A DNA stretch of 64,000 nt. It comes from Convolutriloba macropyga (taxonomy: Eukaryota). Below, one piece after another: positions 58,700 to 64,000 of this stretch (position 1 is its first letter; every line of letters begins with the position of its first letter). Made by a program: the position numbers and the translations under genes. The DNA lies in assembly GCF_964194025.1 (NCBI RefSeq), contig NC_134470.1, positions 65,906,001 to 65,970,000 of the forward strand, in the 5' to 3' direction. Under the pieces are notes generated by a model. The model was given only the letters and a program-made list of their open reading frames with translations, did no database searches and was not told the origin of the DNA.

Positions 58700-59560
58700 C
58701 AAAGTCAGCATTAAAGTGTGCTAAAGGAATTTCAATCAACATTAGGTTCGTTGAAGTCACCCGTGATTATAATTTTGAAATCGTGAGTAGGAATGAATGG
58801 AGGTGACTATTAGTTCCAATCAACTCTGTATTTATTGCCTCTCGGAGGATTATAAACACATATATTAATAAGTAATTACTGGTTTGAGTGAAGAGTGAAG
58901 TTTCACGGCACAGGTAAAACCACAAGACATTTTTAGTGCTTCAAACTTAACAGGGGATTTGCAAAGAATGAGAACACTTCCGTATTCCCCAATTTTGCGA
59001 TCAGCTCGAGTTGCTGTTACATAGTCAGGATTCAAAGAATCATTGTCGACGAAATTATCATCGAACCAAGATTCACATAAACACACTATATCAGGATTGT
59101 GAAGTGATATCAAGATAGTTTACTGGATTCGTTTGTTAATAAACAGAAAATAGCGGGAAATGAGAGTGAGCAGTAATAAGTTTAGTCAATCACAGAAAAT
59201 TTCATTCCCGTCGACAAAGAGCTTGAGGTTTCGAATTTTAATTTTTGACCTAACTACATTGTTTTACAACAGCTCGTGACTTTTTTCAGGACCTTTTTTT
59301 TCTTGTCTAGCTTGTTAAGATAATTCAGGCACTACAAGAACACCTTTATCTTGATAGAGGCAATATTCAATTGCTTTGCTTCTACACTTTCTGGCGTCCC
59401 ATACATTAGCAGAAGTATCAAAAAGATGACGATTTTTGTCTTGCGCGTATCTTCCAAGACGACGGCAGTCCTCTATATTGACATCCACCAATTCCGTAGC
59501 ATATTGTCTCGGTAGAGTTTTTGTCACTGAGTAGACGTTCGTTTTGATTTTTTAGTTCGG
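58700..59560 (-). mobile_element. LINE fragment: ORF1 C-terminus plus APE N-terminus
   Basis: EDCRRLGRY...VPELS (ORF1-type); NPDIVCLCESW, RADR, VYNPP, ITGDFN (APE). Confidence 0.8.
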
Positions 59561-59903
59561 AATTTTCAGTCACGCCAATGAACTTGAGTTGCCTTTTAAA
59601 AGTAAAGTCAACGTTTGAGACTTGTTGGTAAAATGTCCGAGACTGAGGTTGAAATTCAATTGAATCTAAACAAAAAACGTGAGCTGAAACTTTGCTAAAA
59701 AGCTAAAAAAAAAACTCATTTTTTACAGGCCATCATTCCCTACAACAAGTTGAACTCAAGGGATTCCATATTTATGTCAGTTTAATAATCTACGATTTTT
59801 CCTGTAGGTTTGTCAAACTTCTCAGTTCAAATTCTGATGAAGCGCATTATCTGAATATCATGCTATAATAAACGACGGCATAAAGATGACCTGCTCAACA
59901 AAC

Positions 59904-60504
59904 AAGACTACAGTCTTGACAACAGATTATTCTCTGGTCACACTATCCTCTTCTAATTAAAAGAAATGTAATTTTTTAAATTGCAAAATAAATTTTGTTG
60001 GAGCTTGTTTTAATTTTTGTCTGCAAGGTTGCTATTCGTTTCAATTCTTTTAAAAAGCAATTAATTCTGAGGAAACATTGGCTCATTTGTTTCCACTTTT
60101 ATAGTAGTAGCAGTAAAATTGATTCATGAGGCATTATATGTATTTTTAAAAAATCAGAAAAAATATTTATAATGTTCATTCTCAAAATATTCATTAACAG
60201 CAGCAAGTAAAAAAGTTTCATATTTACTTTTACAAAGTCAGAAGTCCATTAAAAAAAGAAAGAAAGAATTTATTTCTTTGATCAAGTACCAAATAAGTAA
60301 CAGCAAGTACAAAAAACAAACGTAAATATTGACTCGTACAAACATGATCAAAGTGGATAGGCATTGGGGTATTTAAACCCACACGCCCTGCCCTTAAAAA
60401 CTCTGTAAATTGGGCATTAGGAATATTTCAGCAAAGATGTTCCTATGATAACAGAAACAAAAAAAATGAAGAAATTGAAAAAAAACTTAAAAAATATTTT
60501 TGCT
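59904..60504. repeat. Direct repeat copy 2 (~0.6 kb)
   Basis: See 57858-58432. Confidence 0.9.
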
Positions 60505-60633
60505 TGAAAAACTGCGATAACTCAGAAACTAGAAGGAATTGAGAGCTCTTATTTTTTCACAAAAATTCCATTCTCAAAGTTGATGTCGGATAGCATATAT
60601 CCAAGGCGTCATTTTAAGGATTTGCTAGAAAAA

Positions 60634-63600
60634 TTATTCAAAGATGTATTTCGCTATATCACCGTTATTAACCAAAAATGTATCCTTAAATTTATGATAT
60701 AAACTTTTTACAACTTTTTCATTTGATCCAATAATATTGTAGGGAAGAACAACGGCTTTGCTCAATGCATTGAAGAGCTTCGAAGCTCTGAATTTAACTG
60801 ATTGTTTTTCAATCATTCGCTGACGGTGCCATTAGTATTGTTTTTGATGCACTTCGCGTAGGTCTCGATGACAAAAACGAAAACAAATAATTATGGCAAC
60901 TTTCAGAACTTAAACCACTCAATGATTCCAAAACTAGCTTCAATAACTTGTATATCTGAAGCTGGTAGATGTTAAGAAAATTATTTTTTTTTACAAAGAT
61001 GTCATTAGCACTGACGGATTTTTAATAAATGAGTTTGAGTATATTTTTTGTAAGTTGTAAATGGGCAACAGGTTGCCATAGCTGCTGCACCTGTAGACTA
61101 GTATGCCATATTGGATGATAGAACTTATGTTCGTTTTATAATAATCAATAAGCTTGTTACGCAGAGCATAAGATCAGTTTTATTTATCGTCGCATTCTCA
61201 TGGACTTGAATCATCACCCTTCCGCCATAATTGTTACGATTTTTTACTTCAATGTTCGAGTATCCAAACAAACGAAAATTAGAAGTATCATCATCATCAT
61301 CTAAGTGTCTCCGTAAAGCGTATGATTTTGGGAAGTGATTCAAGTCCATATATAAAAGATTCCAATTTCAGCAGTTTGTTCCTGATTGAGCGGATGTTTA
61401 AATCCAGACAGATATCATCTGGGTGGGCTAAGATGCAGAGGGTTTATCACGGGACAGTAGGGGTTTGTGGAGGGGTTCAAGAGACTTGTGAGTTATTTTT
61501 TGGGGAGAAACACCATTAAACAGGCAAGAACGTCAAAGACGGGGCAGTTAATTAATTTACTTTTAACAAACATGTCATTAGCACTGTCGGATTGTTTAGT
61601 GAGTCTTGATTTCAGCACGAATAAATGAGAGACAAGGAAAACTTGAAGTCAATTAAAATGCCGAATTATTTACATACGGGCTCAAAGGAAATCTACTTTT
61701 TATCAATATCATACCTATTTCTGCTTGATTTCAAATTCATTTGAATGGTCTTTTTAAAATTCAAACAAAGTTCATTAGCATCTAGCCAGAGTTTAACATT
61801 ATCAATTTCTCTTTCCTCTAACTCGCATGACTTATTAAGAAACGTAAGATTTTTATCATCTGCAAAAAGGAGGACTTGAGCGTGTTTACAATGATTTGGT
61901 AGGTCATTTATGAAGATAAGAAAAAACAGGGGGCCTAGTATAGACCCTTGTGGTACTCCATGTTGTACTTTCAACCATTGCGAGGAAATTCAATTGACTT
62001 TTATTTTTTGCATTCGGCTTACGAGATAAGATTTCAACCAACACAAAACAATTCCTCTTATTCCATATCTTTCTAATTTATAAAGTAAAATTGTGTGATC
62101 AAGTGTATCAAACGCCTTCCGTAGATCCAATAAAAGCAGTTTATGTTCTTAACATTCCAGTTTTCCCTTTTCTCCAATAAATCAACTAAAACATTGATGA
62201 TACTATGCTTGTTTCGGAAGTCGAATTGACAGGGTGAGAGGAGCCCGAATTGCTCTAAGAGATTGTATTACACTGTATACATAGCACGCTCAAAAATGTT
62301 ACTGCATACAATTGAAAGTGAAAAAGGGCAGTAGTTATTTTCTTCTGATTTACTGCTTTTTTTGTGTAGAGGAAGTATCTTCGCATTCTTGGGCAATCCA
62401 GGGAAGAATCTATGAGTGAAGGAACAATTAATAATGTGTGCCATGAAGCGAACTGTAACAGGGGCTGATCAATTAATTATTATATTACTTAAGCCATCAT
62501 CACTAGATGATGTTTTGTGAGCCAAGCTATCAATGAGCCCCTCAACTTCAAACGTTGAGACCGAGTTGAAATAAAAAAAGACTTTTCATTGTCTGGAATG
62601 GGAATAGGAGGCACTTTATTGATCGACTATTGAAAACTATTAGGTACATTGACAAAATATTGATTGAACATTTCTGCCACGTCACCGAGAGAGGGTGACT
62701 GGTTCGCTTCATAACAAACGGTTAGAATAGGAATAGTTTTTGAGTGCGAACTTCTGCCACTGATTTTCTTAAGTAAATGATAAGTTTGTCTTGAATCACC
62801 AATGCAAGATATAAACTTATCTGCAAAGTCAGACTTTTTTATTTTTTGTATGCGTTTCCGAATTTTCTAAAACTTAATTTTGAAATTCGCCAGATATTCG
62901 GGATTATTGGGATTACTTTTTTTTTCTATGAGCTTTGTTACGCTTTTTTTTAGAGATTTTTCAAGGAATTTGTCAACCATATAGGTTTGTTATTTGATTT
63001 GATTTCCTTTTCCTTCTGCAATGGGGCAAACTTATCAAAGACCTTGATGAAACTTGAGATAAAGATTTCAAAAACAATGCTTGGATCATGACTACTTCAT
63101 ATTTTAACTTCCCTGAGACTCAGGTGTTCTTAGAGTTCATGCAGAAAGAGCTGTCTCCGAGATTCATCATGAATAAATTTTGTATTTCCAAATTTACTTT
63201 GGGCGTCATTCTGATCGAGGCCGTTGACCGACCAACTAGCTAGAATAGGATAAAAACCCTCAAGATTTTGATGGAACAGGATATTTGATTTATATAAAGG
63301 ATTATTTTGATAGATGAAATGATCTAAGCAGGTTGATGAATGATCAGTCTCTCTAGTTGGACGATCCGAACTATCGAACAGACTGAAGCCGTTTGCTTTT
63401 ATAGTATCGACATAGCTACCGCTAATCAAAATCTGAAATTTTGTATCGATGTTAAAATCCCCGCATATTATAAAAATCAATGTGGCAGAAGTATTAACTT
63501 GCAGATATTCATCATGTAACGCAATGAACTGGTTATTGTTAGTTCTAGGTTTACTGCAAATCACCAAGGTTTAAAATGTGTACGATTGGCTGATGATTTC

Positions 63601-64000
63601 AACTCATATCGCCTCTTTAAATGGAGTTTGCAAGGTTTTATTTATCGTCGCATTCTCATGGACTTGAATCATCACCCTTCCGCCATAATTGTTACGATTT
63701 TTTACTTCAATGTTCGAGTATCCAAACAAACAAAAATTAGAAGTATCATCATCATCATCATCTAAGTGTCTCCGTAAAGCATATGATTTTGGGATGTGAT
63801 TCAAGTCCATATATAAAAGATTCCAATTTCAGCAATTTGTTCCTGATTGAGCGGATGTTTAAATCCAGACAGATATTATCTGGGTGGGCTAAGATGCAGA
63901 GGGTTTATCACGGGACGGTAGGGGTTTGTGGAGGGGTTCAAGAGACTTGTGAGTTATTGTTCGGGGAGAAACACCATTAAACAGGCAAGAACGTCAAAGA
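60634..64000 (-). mobile_element. Decayed APE-RT LINE(s), with the APE 5' segment duplicated (61178-61540 vs 63636-64000)
   Basis: LNIRSIRNKL, ICGDFNID, PTRET..TCLDH (APE); DLRKAFDT, GVPQGSILGPLFFLIFINDLP, LLFADD (RT). Runs off the window end. Confidence 0.88.

Noticed and set aside
57858-60504. LTR retrotransposon
   Set aside because: No TG...CA termini, primer-binding site or gag/integrase motifs; the interior is LINE-derived.

Overview
AT-rich animal (invertebrate-like) genomic window; the species cannot be determined from the sequence. Bases ~1.5-17.7 kb form a tandem array of a ~3.4-kb unit carrying a decayed SGNH/GDSL esterase ORF, and its duplication history can be read from the sequence. 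A 143-N gap and a microsatellite follow. Four intron-poor host genes lie on the minus strand: a class II PI3-kinase (3 exons, ~1585 aa), a compact TopBP1 (2 coding exons, ~1021 aa, apparently lacking BRCT4/5), a metaxin-1/3-like gene, and an HP1-like gene whose chromodomain has lost two of three aromatic-cage residues. The rest is mostly decayed mobile DNA: a near full-length APE-type LINE with an SGNH-esterase ORF1 and a virus-like 2A motif, a Tc1-like relic, a CRE-like (RLE) retrotransposon with an N-terminal PHD finger and an upstream SGNH ORF, a Penelope-like element, further LINE relics, tRNA-derived SINE-like repeats and MITE-like inverted repeats. The most striking signal is in the Penelope-like element: a complete C4HC3 PHD finger sits inside the reverse-transcriptase palm, between the GLAMG and YVDD motifs, and a hammerhead-like motif lies in its 3' repeat. 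All motif calls were made by eye; no searches were run, and element boundaries are approximate unless stated.
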